A DNA stretch of 55,450 bases from positions 1 to 55,450 of IMG/VR virus record IMGVR_UViG_3300025108_000062; one strand, written 5' to 3'. The position numbers and the translations under genes were made by a program. Of this stretch, positions 1 through 8,962 are shown in pieces. A model generated the notes under the pieces. The model saw only the letters and a list, made by a program, of their open reading frames with translations, made no database searches and was not told the origin of the DNA. The number at the start of each line of letters is the position of its first letter. Within the stretch, counting starts at the first letter, position 1. Source of the DNA: a virus. Lineage: Duplodnaviria > Caudoviricetes.

Positions 1-204
1 ACGAAGTCACAAATTCGTGTATTGCAATCGATTGGGAGAGGGTTAAGAAAAACTAACGATGGGCGAGGTACTACAATTTATGATTTGGCAGATGATTTAT
101 CATGGAAAAGAAAAAAGAATTACACACTTAATCACGCGATAGAACGTGTAAAAATATACACAAAAGAAAACTTTAATTACAGAATTCACGAAGTGCCAAT
201 ATGA
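1..204 (+). CDS. uvsW: UvsW DNA helicase, C-terminal fragment (5' truncated by window)
   Basis: Frame open from base 1: KSQIRVLQSIGRGLRK (SF2 motif VI) ... IYDLADDL ... NYTLNH; T4-like synteny before gene 55. Confidence 0.9.
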   Translation, partial: TKSQIRVLQSIGRGLRKTNDGRGTTIYDLADDLSWKRKKNYTLNHAIERVKIYTKENFNYRIHEVPI

Positions 205-683
205 ATAAAGATCTTAAAGACTACTTGAATCAGTTTGAGATAGTAACTTATAGGCTAATCGACGGTAGTCACATAATAGCAAACGAAGAAAAATTTGACA
301 GAAATACACGAAGCTTCCACCTCACTGGAGCTGTAGAAATCCAAATCTTAGGAAAGGACGAATCATTTTTTAGTCCTTGGATGCTAGTAAAAGACATCGA
401 TGTTATACAAATAAAGGAAAGTCAAATTATATCTTCTGGAGTTCCTTTGGAAAGTGTACAAATACAATATCACAGGTATTTAATAAAATCTAATTTAGAA
501 GGCCATCTTACTAACAATGAGATTGATACTGTTTTAAAACAATTGTTTAATGATCCAGTTGATAATTTTATGAATACAGATATTGATGGAGGTATCGATG
601 GTATGGAAATTGATGATTGCTATAATCCACAATCATCTTTTAAATGGAGAAGTAAATGGGATAATCCATACGGCAAAAATTAA
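201..683 (+). CDS. Hypothetical protein
   Basis: 160 aa ORF with ATGA overlap to uvsW stop. Confidence 0.6.
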   Translation: MNKDLKDYLNQFEIVTYRLIDGSHIIANEEKFDRNTRSFHLTGAVEIQILGKDESFFSPWMLVKDIDVIQIKESQIISSGVPLESVQIQYHRYLIKSNLEGHLTNNEIDTVLKQLFNDPVDNFMNTDIDGGIDGMEIDDCYNPQSSFKWRSKWDNPYGKN

Positions 684-770
684 CATAGATGTTTTTTGCC
701 TTTCTAAGAATATTATACACCAAATTTATAATTCTGTACATAAAAAAATGCACAAGGTTGCAATTAAATA

Positions 771-799
771 TGTACATTTAAGAGTTTATATTGTATAAT
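771..799 (+). promoter_or_regulatory. Sigma70-type promoter (TGTACA-N17-TATAAT)
   Basis: Same -35 TKTACA / 17 bp / -10 TAKAAT layout recurs at about 4155, 4467, 8928, 11440, 16653, 17829, 20659, 38150, 39517, 43382 and 46116. Confidence 0.7.
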
Positions 800-810
800 A
801 TAACTATGCT

Positions 811-1389
811 ATGAAAAAGAAAGCTAAAGATAAACCTCACTACGTAAATAACAGGGAGTTTTCAACCGCCGTTGTAGAATACACTGAATCTGTTTTAGAA
901 GCCCGAGAAAAAGACGTTGAAGAACCACGGATCACCGAATACATTGGAACGTGCTTTCTTAAAATTGCAGAAGGCCTTTCCCATAAACCTAACTTTTCTG
1001 GATATACGTACCGTGAAGAGATGGTGATGGATGCAGTCGAAAATTGTATTAAGGCCATTATGAATTATGATGTAAAAAAGGCGACTCGCACTGGTTTACC
1101 TAATGCGTTCGCATACTTTACACAAATTACATATTACGCGTTTTTAAGACGAATCGCTAAAGAGAAAAAGCACCAGGATATTAAAGAGCTGTATATGGAA
1201 CACGCAGATGCCGCAGGATTTATGGATGTAGGCGATCATAAAGGCGCAGATGGAATTGTTGAACGTATTCGTTTTAAATCACAACTTATTAGAGATCGCG
1301 ATTCTGCAATCAAAAACTTCGGCAAAAAAATAAAAAAGAAAAAGCGATCTAAAAAAAGAATTTCCGGACTGTTAGAAGATTTTATTTAA
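811..1389 (+). CDS. 55: Late-transcription sigma factor gp55
   Basis: HYVNN.EF, IG.CFLKIAEGLSHKPNF, YREEMV.DA.ENC, NAFAYFTQI.YYAFLRRI.KEKK motifs. Confidence 0.95.
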   Translation: MKKKAKDKPHYVNNREFSTAVVEYTESVLEAREKDVEEPRITEYIGTCFLKIAEGLSHKPNFSGYTYREEMVMDAVENCIKAIMNYDVKKATRTGLPNAFAYFTQITYYAFLRRIAKEKKHQDIKELYMEHADAAGFMDVGDHKGADGIVERIRFKSQLIRDRDSAIKNFGKKIKKKKRSKKRISGLLEDFI

Positions 1390-1390
1390 T

Positions 1391-2449
1391 ATGAAAATAG
1401 CTCTTATTAATGATACACACGCTGGAATTAAGAATGGTTCAGATATTTTTTTGAATCACTCATCTAGTTTTTATAATGATGTCTTTTTTCCGTATTTGCT
1501 AGAAAACAACATTAAAGATATAATTCATTTAGGAGATTATTTTGATCACCGTAGATACATAAACTACAAAGTTTTAAAACAAAATTATAATGATTTTATA
1601 AAAAAACTTTATGATTATGATATGTTTATGGATATAATCCCAGGAAACCATGATGTTTATTATAAAAACACTAACGAATTAAATTCTTTAGAATTAATTT
1701 TAAACAAATATAGCGATAGGATTAATGTTTCTATGAATCCTATCGTAAAAAAATTCGCTGAATTAAAAATCGGCTTTTTACCATGGATGTGCGAAACTAA
1801 CAATGATGAATGCATGGATTTCATTAAAAATTCTGATGCATCTATTTTAATGGGTCACCTAGAATTAGGAGGATTTAAATACATGGGGAATGCTGACATT
1901 AAGTCACACGGAATGGATAGCAGTTTATTTGATCGTTATGAGTCTGTTTATTCTGGCCACTATCATACGAAAAGCAGCCAAGGAAATATTACATATCTCG
2001 GAACGCAATTTGAGCTTACTTGGTCTGATGCTCATGATCCAAAATATTTCCATATTCTTGATACAGAAACTCGTAAAGTCGAAGCAATTAAAAATCCTCA
2101 ATATCTATTTCAAAAAATTTATTATGATGAAGATAATCTTAAAGCGATAACCAGAGATGAAATTCAAAACACCTTTGTTAAAGTCATTGTAACTAATAAA
2201 AGTGATTTGTATATCTTTGACAAATTCATGGATTTGCTTTATGATTTTAATCCCTATGAAGTTCGAATCATTGAATCATTTGATGAGTATGATGGGGATA
2301 ATATTGATGATGATGCAGTAAGAGTTGATGATACTCCAACATTGCTAAACAGTTACATCGATGCTACAGAAACTAATTTAAACCAAGACGTTCTTAAAAA
2401 AATGATGCAAGAACTATTAATTGAAGCACAATCTTTAGATACTATATAA
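1391..2449 (+). CDS. 47: Recombination endonuclease subunit gp47 (Mre11/SbcD-like)
   Basis: Metallophosphoesterase motifs DTH, GDYFD, GNHD, GH, SGHYH. Confidence 0.95.
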   Translation: MKIALINDTHAGIKNGSDIFLNHSSSFYNDVFFPYLLENNIKDIIHLGDYFDHRRYINYKVLKQNYNDFIKKLYDYDMFMDIIPGNHDVYYKNTNELNSLELILNKYSDRINVSMNPIVKKFAELKIGFLPWMCETNNDECMDFIKNSDASILMGHLELGGFKYMGNADIKSHGMDSSLFDRYESVYSGHYHTKSSQGNITYLGTQFELTWSDAHDPKYFHILDTETRKVEAIKNPQYLFQKIYYDEDNLKAITRDEIQNTFVKVIVTNKSDLYIFDKFMDLLYDFNPYEVRIIESFDEYDGDNIDDDAVRVDDTPTLLNSYIDATETNLNQDVLKKMMQELLIEAQSLDTI

Positions 2450-4182
2450 TGATTACATTTAAGAAACTTACGTGGAAAAACTTTTTATCAACAGGCAACA
2501 AAGAAACAGCGATTTATCTTAATCGTGATTCTGCGACTCTTATTGTTGGTTCAAATGGTGCAGGAAAATCAACAATGCTTGATGCTTTGTCTTTTGCACT
2601 ATTTGGGAAGCCTCATAGAAGTATTAACAAACCACAATTGGTAAATTCTATAAACAACACAAAATGTCTTGTCACTGTAGAATTTTCTGTTGGATCAATT
2701 GAATACAAAATTATTCGAGGAATTAAACCTAATATTTTTGAGGTTTATCGAAATGGAGAACTATTAAACCAAGAATCACATAGCCGCGATTATCAAAAAA
2801 TCATCGAGCAAAATATTCTTAAACTTAATCATAAGTCGTTCCATCAAGTTGTTGTTTTAGGATCATCTAACTTTATTCCATTCATGCAGCTACCTTCTTA
2901 TCAAAGAAGAAACGTTATTGAAGACCTCCTTGACATTGGAATATTTACAAAAATGAACGGTGTTCTAAAAGAAAAAATTGCTATTCTTCGTCATAGCATG
3001 AGTGAAACAGATAATGAATTAAATATACTTAAAGAACGGATTGATCTTCAAACAAAACATATCGATGAACTAAAAAAGATTGATTCTTCTCATGAAGAAA
3101 AAAGAAAAAACGAAATTTTCAATTTAAACGAAGAAGTTGAAGAATTGCTTAACAGCAATTTATCACTTCAAAATGAGTATGACGAATCTTATAATACTTC
3201 AATAGAATCTCATAAAAAAGAAAAAGAAAATATGAACACTTATGCTATGAATATTAACAGTATTAAGCATAAGATGGATGATATCGTAAAAGAATCTATG
3301 TTCTATGATAAGAATGATTGTTGCCCTACGTGTGAGCAAGACATTTCGAAAGAATTGAAAGAATCTAAAAATCATAATTGCAAGATAAAAGCTAAATCTC
3401 TAAATGAAGATTACTATAAAGCAAAAAAAGAATTTAAGATAGTTGAAGAAAATGTAAATGAAATAAACAAGAAAATTGTTCACTTGAATGAAGTTAATTC
3501 AAGTATGCTTAACAACCAAACACGAATTAATATTCTTAAAAAGCGGATTCAAAGCCTTTCTAAAAATATCGATATTCAAGACACTAATGCTGCTGAAAAA
3601 ACACTGTCTAATGATAGAAGCAAAAGAGCAAATTTAAATGAAGTACGTTTAAAGCAATCACAAAAAAGCTCTTACTTTGATGCTATTAGTGAACTCTTAA
3701 GAGACACTGGAATTAAGACTAAAGTTATTCGCCAGTATCTTCCAATCATGAATAAGCTTATCAATCAATATTTACAAGTTCTTGATTTCTTTGTTCTTTT
3801 CCATCTTGACGATTCTTTTAATGAAACAATTAAATCTCGCCACCGCGATGAATTTACGTATGCATCTTTTTCAGAAGGAGAAAAACAAAGAATCGATTTA
3901 AGTTTATTGTTCTCATGGAGACAAATATCTAAAATGAAGAATAGCGCAAACACTAATCTTTTGGTTCTTGACGAAACGTTTGACTCAAGCATGGACGCAG
4001 ATGGTGTTGACAATCTTCTTAAAATTCTTAATACACTCGGTAAAGAAACGAATGTTTTTATTATTTCCCATAAACAGGATTTGTTAGAAGGTAAGTTTCC
4101 TAATAAGATTGAATTTGAAAAGGTGAACAATTTTAGTCAAATGAAAAAAAGTAGTTTACAAACAGCCAAAAATATAGTATAA
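2449..4182 (+). CDS. 46: Recombination ATPase gp46 (Rad50/SbcC-like)
   Basis: Walker A GSNGAGKST, zinc hook CPTC, signature FSEGEK, Walker B LVLDE. Confidence 0.95.
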   Translation: MITFKKLTWKNFLSTGNKETAIYLNRDSATLIVGSNGAGKSTMLDALSFALFGKPHRSINKPQLVNSINNTKCLVTVEFSVGSIEYKIIRGIKPNIFEVYRNGELLNQESHSRDYQKIIEQNILKLNHKSFHQVVVLGSSNFIPFMQLPSYQRRNVIEDLLDIGIFTKMNGVLKEKIAILRHSMSETDNELNILKERIDLQTKHIDELKKIDSSHEEKRKNEIFNLNEEVEELLNSNLSLQNEYDESYNTSIESHKKEKENMNTYAMNINSIKHKMDDIVKESMFYDKNDCCPTCEQDISKELKESKNHNCKIKAKSLNEDYYKAKKEFKIVEENVNEINKKIVHLNEVNSSMLNNQTRINILKKRIQSLSKNIDIQDTNAAEKTLSNDRSKRANLNEVRLKQSQKSSYFDAISELLRDTGIKTKVIRQYLPIMNKLINQYLQVLDFFVLFHLDDSFNETIKSRHRDEFTYASFSEGEKQRIDLSLLFSWRQISKMKNSANTNLLVLDETFDSSMDADGVDNLLKILNTLGKETNVFIISHKQDLLEGKFPNKIEFEKVNNFSQMKKSSLQTAKNIV

Positions 4183-4194
4183 TATCTAAACAAT

Positions 4195-4497
4195 ATGGAA
4201 GGCATTAAATATGATTCAGAAAAACCAGACTATAGTTTAGTTCCACCGAATGCGCTAAACGACGTTGTAAAAGTATTAACACATGGAGCCCAAAAATATG
4301 ATAGAAACAATTGGCAATATCTTGAGAATCTTGATAGTCGTTATTTTGCTGCAGCGCAACGTCATATGTGGGCCCTTCAACGAGGAGAAACTTTGGATGA
4401 GGAAACCGGCATTCATCACGCCGCACACGCGGTTTGCTGCATGATGTTTTTATTGGAATTTTATTATTTACAAACCCCTGAAAATAGTATAGAATAA
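4195..4497 (+). CDS. dNTP diphosphohydrolase-like protein (DUF5664-type)
   Basis: G.KYD..K..YSL.P, GA.KY...NW, AA.RH, G...D.ETG.HH.AHA pattern. Confidence 0.8.
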   Translation: MEGIKYDSEKPDYSLVPPNALNDVVKVLTHGAQKYDRNNWQYLENLDSRYFAAAQRHMWALQRGETLDEETGIHHAAHAVCCMMFLLEFYYLQTPENSIE

Positions 4498-4504
4498 CTT
4501 GATT

Positions 4505-5176
4505 ATGAAAATCAGTAAAGAAACAATCGAAGTTCTTAAGAACTTTTCCGCAATTAACCCTAATCTTGTGATTAAAGAGGGTAACAATTTATCAACAATT
4601 GCAGACGCTAAAAATATTATGGCTTCTGTTGTTGTAGAAGAGTCCTTTGACTCTGAAGTAGGTATATACGATCTAAATGAATTTTTATCTGCTCTTAATC
4701 TCATTGACGATCCTGACTTAGACTTTGGCGAAAATTCAGTTTCTATTAATAATACTCGAGCGTCAGTCAACTACCGTTATTCGGATCCTCTTATTCTTAC
4801 TTCTCCACAAAAAGAAGTGAGCATGCCTGAGGCTGATTTTAAGGTTGAAATTACTTCAAACGTTATTAATGAAATTCGTAAAGCTGGAGGTGCTCTTGGT
4901 CACGTTGTTGTCTCGATCTGCTCTCTCGAAGGCGATAATAACGTTTATTTAGAAGTAAAAGACCCAGACAACTCTTCCGCCAATACGTATCGACTTCTCA
5001 TCGGCGATGACGAAAGTAGAACTTACGACTTTCAATTTCTTATTTCTAACTTAAAACTTCTACCAGACGATTATGAAGTTTCAGTTAGTTCTAAACTTAT
5101 TTCACAATGGAATGGTATAAAAAACAAAACCAAATACTGGATCGCTTTAGAAAAAAATTCATCATTTAACAACTAA
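4505..5176 (+). CDS. 45: Sliding clamp gp45
   Basis: MKISKETIEVLKNFSAINPN, IYDLNEFL, C-terminal YWIALE. Confidence 0.95.
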   Translation: MKISKETIEVLKNFSAINPNLVIKEGNNLSTIADAKNIMASVVVEESFDSEVGIYDLNEFLSALNLIDDPDLDFGENSVSINNTRASVNYRYSDPLILTSPQKEVSMPEADFKVEITSNVINEIRKAGGALGHVVVSICSLEGDNNVYLEVKDPDNSSANTYRLLIGDDESRTYDFQFLISNLKLLPDDYEVSVSSKLISQWNGIKNKTKYWIALEKNSSFNN

Positions 5177-5190
5177 CAAAAAAACATATT

Positions 5191-5439
5191 ATGTCAGACA
5201 ATAAAAAAGACACCGCAGTAGAAACTAACGAAGTGCAAGAAGTACAATTGAATGTTCAGCACATCTCATTCGCAACACAAATTATTGACACCGCCTCCGA
5301 GCGAGGTGCTTTCAAGGGCCCCGAACTTTCGTCCGTTGGCCAGTTGCGTGATCTCTTTGTAGAATTTGTTAAGCAGAACGCGCCAAATGAAGAACCTGCA
5401 GAAGACTCTGTTGAAGAAACATCTGAAGCTTCAAAATAA
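5191..5439 (+). CDS. Hypothetical acidic protein
   Basis: 82 aa ORF, IID.A..RGAF.G.EL..VG core. Confidence 0.6.
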   Translation: MSDNKKDTAVETNEVQEVQLNVQHISFATQIIDTASERGAFKGPELSSVGQLRDLFVEFVKQNAPNEEPAEDSVEETSEASK

Positions 5440-5493
5440 AAAAACTAACCTGGCTATGTTGTTAAACTAGCCAAACACTAAAAACGTATTATT

Positions 5494-5784
5494 ATGACTG
5501 GTACAAAAATACAAAGAGCTTATATTAAGCTTATTAAAAACAAAAAAGCTCGTACGAGTTCTTCTGATAAATATTTTCACGTATTTTCCGAGAATGACGA
5601 AGCGTATCTTTTTACTCATTACGAAATGGAGAAAGCTCAAAGGCGTGCTAAAAAAAATCCAGAGGATGTATATCCTGTTGAATTTACTGAACCTGAAGCG
5701 AAGGTGATTGAAAAAGAAGTCGTGAAATATATCGAAGTTAAAAGTCCTGGCATTTTCTCTAGATTAGCCAATATTTTTAAGTAA
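5494..5784 (+). CDS. Hypothetical protein
   Basis: 96 aa ORF with TATTATG start context. Confidence 0.55.
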   Translation: MTGTKIQRAYIKLIKNKKARTSSSDKYFHVFSENDEAYLFTHYEMEKAQRRAKKNPEDVYPVEFTEPEAKVIEKEVVKYIEVKSPGIFSRLANIFK

Positions 5785-5791
5785 GATCTGC

Positions 5792-5867
5792 GCTCCGATA
5801 GCTCAGTTGGTAGAGCAGTTGATTTGTAATCACCAGGTCGTCGGTTCAAGTCCGACTCGGAGCTCCA
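5792..5867 (+). tRNA. tRNA-Thr(UGU)
   Basis: Acceptor GCTCCGA/TCGGAGC, D-arm GCTCAGTTGGTAGAGC, anticodon loop TTTGTAA, GTTCAAGTC, encoded CCA. Confidence 0.95.
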
Positions 5868-5872
5868 TTTAT

Positions 5873-5947
5873 TCCGAAGTAGCTCAGTGGTAGAGCGGGT
5901 GGCTGTTAACCACTAGGTCGTAGGTTCGAACCCTACCTTCGGAGCCA
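5873..5947 (+). tRNA. tRNA-Asn(GUU)
   Basis: Acceptor TCCGAAG/CTTCGGA, anticodon loop CTGTTAA, GTTCGAACC, G-CCA end. Confidence 0.95.
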
Positions 5948-5994
5948 TTTTAGTATGTACAATCTGTAAAAATTAGTGTAAAATATATTTGTTT

Positions 5995-6936
5995 ATGAGT
6001 AAAAGTGAATTCCTATGGGTTGAAAAATATCGCCCACAAACCATCGAAGATTGTATTCTTCCAGAAAGTCTAAAGAAGACTTTTCAAAAAATTGTTGACA
6101 CCGGCGAAATGCACAACATGCTTTTAACAGGATCAGCTGGTCTTGGTAAAACAACAGTCGCTAAAGCTTTGTGTCACCAGTTAAACCTCGATTGTATGGT
6201 AATCAATGCTTCTGAAGAAAGTGGTATTGATGTTCTTCGTTCTAAGATTAAACAATTTGCTTCTTCTGTTTCTCTAAATGGAGGAACTAAAGTTGTAATT
6301 CTTGATGAAGCTGATTATCTTAATGCTCAATCGACACAACCAGCTCTTAGAGGTTTCATTGAAGAGTTTAGTAAAAATTGCAGGTTTATTTTAACATGTA
6401 ACTTTAAGAATCGTATTATTGAACCTTTGCATTCTCGTTGTTCTGTTATTGAGTTTAATACGACTAAAAAACAGCTCGCCGGCCTAGCGGCCGGATTTAT
6501 GAAACGCTTACAAGATATTCTTACAGCAGAAAAGGTTTCATTTAACAACAAAATTCTAGCTGAATTGATTATGAGATATGCGCCAGATTGGCGTAGAGTT
6601 ATCAATGAAGTTCAACGATATTCTTCATCAGGTGAAATTACAGCTGATATTCTTGTTGGAATGTCAGATCAAAATATTGCTTCTCTTGTTGGTTTTCTTA
6701 AAACAAAAAACTTTAAAAACATGAGGTCTTGGGTGACTAATAATACAGATGTTGATTCGTCTGTTATATTTAGACGTATTTATGATACACTTTATGACTA
6801 TGCCCAGCCACAATCAATACCTGCTATTATTTTAATTCTTGCTGATTATCAATATAAGGCGGCCTTTGTTGCTGATAAAGAATTAAACACCGTTGCTTGT
6901 CTAACCGAAATTATGGCATCTTCAGAATGGAAATGA
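5995..6936 (+). CDS. 44: Clamp loader large subunit gp44
   Basis: LWVEKYRP, GSAGLGKTT, ILDEAD, SRC motifs. Confidence 0.96.
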   Translation: MSKSEFLWVEKYRPQTIEDCILPESLKKTFQKIVDTGEMHNMLLTGSAGLGKTTVAKALCHQLNLDCMVINASEESGIDVLRSKIKQFASSVSLNGGTKVVILDEADYLNAQSTQPALRGFIEEFSKNCRFILTCNFKNRIIEPLHSRCSVIEFNTTKKQLAGLAAGFMKRLQDILTAEKVSFNNKILAELIMRYAPDWRRVINEVQRYSSSGEITADILVGMSDQNIASLVGFLKTKNFKNMRSWVTNNTDVDSSVIFRRIYDTLYDYAQPQSIPAIILILADYQYKAAFVADKELNTVACLTEIMASSEWK

Positions 6937-7361
6937 AAAAGGTAACACCGTTTACATTTATTAATTCTATTAATAATGGCAAAAAAGATAAGCATCTTTT
7001 AGAAGATTGTAAGGCAGACCAATCTCTTGAGATGGCAAATCCCGAATCTCCTGATAAAGCTTATGTGCCATTTGTAATTAATCGAAGCTTATCCTACTTT
7101 AAAGATACTGTTATTTTTGCGAATGAAATGAACATTAATCACACTTTGCCTAATCGAATGCAATACGATTTTTATCGCAACATGGTTACAGCAAAGAAAA
7201 GGTTTTCAAAATGGGGTAAAAAAGCAAATGCGTTAAAGGATATTGAAATAATTCAAAAAGAATATGGCTATTCTCGAGAAAAAGCCGAAGCTGTTTATCC
7301 TATTTTCAACAACAAACAAATAAATATTCTTTATAAGAAACACGACAAGGGAGGAAAATAA
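6933..7361 (+). CDS. 62: Clamp loader small subunit gp62
   Basis: Y.PFVINRSLSYF.DT...ANEMN, QYDF, KKRFSKW, YGYS.EKA; follows gene 44. Confidence 0.9.
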   Translation: MKKVTPFTFINSINNGKKDKHLLEDCKADQSLEMANPESPDKAYVPFVINRSLSYFKDTVIFANEMNINHTLPNRMQYDFYRNMVTAKKRFSKWGKKANALKDIEIIQKEYGYSREKAEAVYPIFNNKQINILYKKHDKGGK

Positions 7362-7453
7362 ATGAAATTTAAAAAAACAAAAACAATTGGTATATTAGCA
7401 GCAGCTGCGTTTTCTGTTAAATTGCTTATCCGCAAATTTAGAAATAAAAAGTA

Positions 7454-7708
7454 ATGAGTGTAGAATTTAAAATATCAAAAGAATTTGAAAAAGAAGCTGA
7501 AAAGTTAGCAAAGTGTACTAGAAAAATGATGGATCAGGCAGATGAAAAAATCATTTCCCTTTTGGATAAAGCAAAAAAAGAAGAATGGTATACTGGCCCA
7601 TCAGTTATTATTGAAGAGTTGATGTTTGATTATTGTTTAAACAAGTCAGAAAGATCTTGGTCTAATTATTGCGGATCACATAGTTACCTTCAAGAAGATA
7701 CCTATTAA
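7454..7708 (+). CDS. Hypothetical protein
   Basis: 84 aa ORF, preceded by a 30-codon hydrophobic/basic ORF at 7361-7454. Confidence 0.5.
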   Translation: MSVEFKISKEFEKEAEKLAKCTRKMMDQADEKIISLLDKAKKEEWYTGPSVIIEELMFDYCLNKSERSWSNYCGSHSYLQEDTY

Positions 7709-7738
7709 AGTATGTGAATATGGCAAAGGTTAAAATTC

Positions 7739-7746
7739 TATAAATA
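7739..7746 (+). promoter_or_regulatory. T4-type late promoter TATAAATA
   Basis: Exact gp55 consensus; other exact intergenic or gene-end copies at 8166, 23954, 23963, 29762, 36801 and 52051. Confidence 0.65.
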
Positions 7747-7751
7747 GTTCT

Positions 7752-8174
7752 ATGAACGAAGATGTTACAGAATGGAAACCTTCTAATATGCTCGAGGTTC
7801 GGATTGAAGAACCAGATGACTTTCTTAAAATAAAAGAAACACTTACAAGAATTGGTGTATCTTCTAAAAAAGAACATAATACACTTTACCAAAGCTGTCA
7901 TATTTTGCATAAACAAGGCCGCTATTTTATTGTGCACTTTAAAGAACTTTTTTTACTGGATGGAAAACCATCAAACTTTACAGAAGACGATTTAGCTCGT
8001 AGAAATACAATTACCACTTTACTTTCTGATTGGGGTTTACTTGAAATTGTAATACCTTCATCTGCAAATCCAAAAACATCTTTAAGAGCAATTAAAATTA
8101 TTTCTCATAAAGATAAAAAAGAATGGAATTTAGAATCAAAATATTCAATTGGTAACATTAAATCGTATAAATAA
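7752..8174 (+). CDS. regA: Translational repressor RegA
   Basis: PDDFLKIKETLTRIG, LYQSCHILHKQGRYFIVHFKELF.LDG. Confidence 0.96.
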   Translation: MNEDVTEWKPSNMLEVRIEEPDDFLKIKETLTRIGVSSKKEHNTLYQSCHILHKQGRYFIVHFKELFLLDGKPSNFTEDDLARRNTITTLLSDWGLLEIVIPSSANPKTSLRAIKIISHKDKKEWNLESKYSIGNIKSYK

Positions 8175-8176
8175 CT

Positions 8177-8261
8177 TTTGAAAAGCACGAAGCTTTTCAA
8201 ATCGGATGTCCGAAAGGAGTCCACAACATTAACTCGCTTAAATAAGGAGATAAAAAAAATG
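8177..8261 (+). promoter_or_regulatory. Structured hsp20 leader, ROSE-like RNA thermometer candidate
   Basis: Three hairpins; the last pairs CTC-G-CTT with the SD AAGGAG, leaving a bulged G. Confidence 0.55.
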
Positions 8262-8666
8262 ACAACATACAATATTCCACACGCGTGGACAGTCGGGTTC
8301 GATTCCGTCTTTGACCGAATCGAAAAATTGAGTTCAAAACAACCAACTTATCCACCACACAACGTGGTGAAACACGATGAAGATAGCTTTGAAATTGCTA
8401 TTGCAGTCGCTGGATTTAGTAAGAGTGATTTATTCGTTGAACAAGAGGAAAATGTTCTTTCCGTCGCATCTAAAGATGTTGATTTAAACGGCAATAAAGA
8501 ATATATTCATAAAGGAATTGCAACACGTAAATTCAATAAAACGTTTACGTTAGGTGAATACATTGAAGTTTCAAAGGTATCTCTCACTGATGGAATTCTA
8601 TCTGTGTTTTTAGAGAAATCAATTCCTGAAGATAAAAAACCAAAATCATTTAAAATTGATGACTAA
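8259..8666 (+). CDS. hsp20: Small heat-shock protein (Hsp20/IbpA-like)
   Basis: YPPHNV, IAIAVAGF, YIHKGIA.R.F, L.DGILS, PE..KP; SD AAGGAG upstream. Confidence 0.93.
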   Translation: MTTYNIPHAWTVGFDSVFDRIEKLSSKQPTYPPHNVVKHDEDSFEIAIAVAGFSKSDLFVEQEENVLSVASKDVDLNGNKEYIHKGIATRKFNKTFTLGEYIEVSKVSLTDGILSVFLEKSIPEDKKPKSFKIDD

Positions 8667-8694
8667 TTAAATATTAGCCGATGTAAGTTAACTT

Positions 8695-8728
8695 AAGCTC
8701 CCTTATGCAAAAGTGTAAGGGAGCTTTT
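8695..8728 (+). terminator. Rho-independent terminator
   Basis: AAGCTCCCTTATGC / GTGTAAGGGAGCTT stem ending in a T run. Confidence 0.8.
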
Positions 8729-8743
8729 GTAATAAATAATATT

Positions 8744-8944
8744 ATGACAATCTTTAATGAAGAAACACAAACATTCAATTTTAACAATAATCAGCAATAT
8801 GACGATGTAGTGTTCTATGATAAAAAAGGTAATCTCTTTGAGACATTTAGCTCTTTTTCAAATACCATAGTTTCATCCGCAAATGTTTTAGAAAAATCAG
8901 TCTTGCAAGATTGGACCAATTTTATTATGTACAAGTGTGTTTAG
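8744..8944 (+). CDS. Hypothetical protein
   Basis: Short ORF after AATAAATA (late-promoter variant). Confidence 0.4.
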   Translation: MTIFNEETQTFNFNNNQQYDDVVFYDKKGNLFETFSSFSNTIVSSANVLEKSVLQDWTNFIMYKCV

Positions 8945-8962
8945 ACATGGTATAATACTTAT

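Noticed and set aside
4195-4497. Z-genome (2-aminoadenine) pathway
   Set aside because: No PurZ/adenylosuccinate-synthetase-like gene in the window; modification genes point to cytosine
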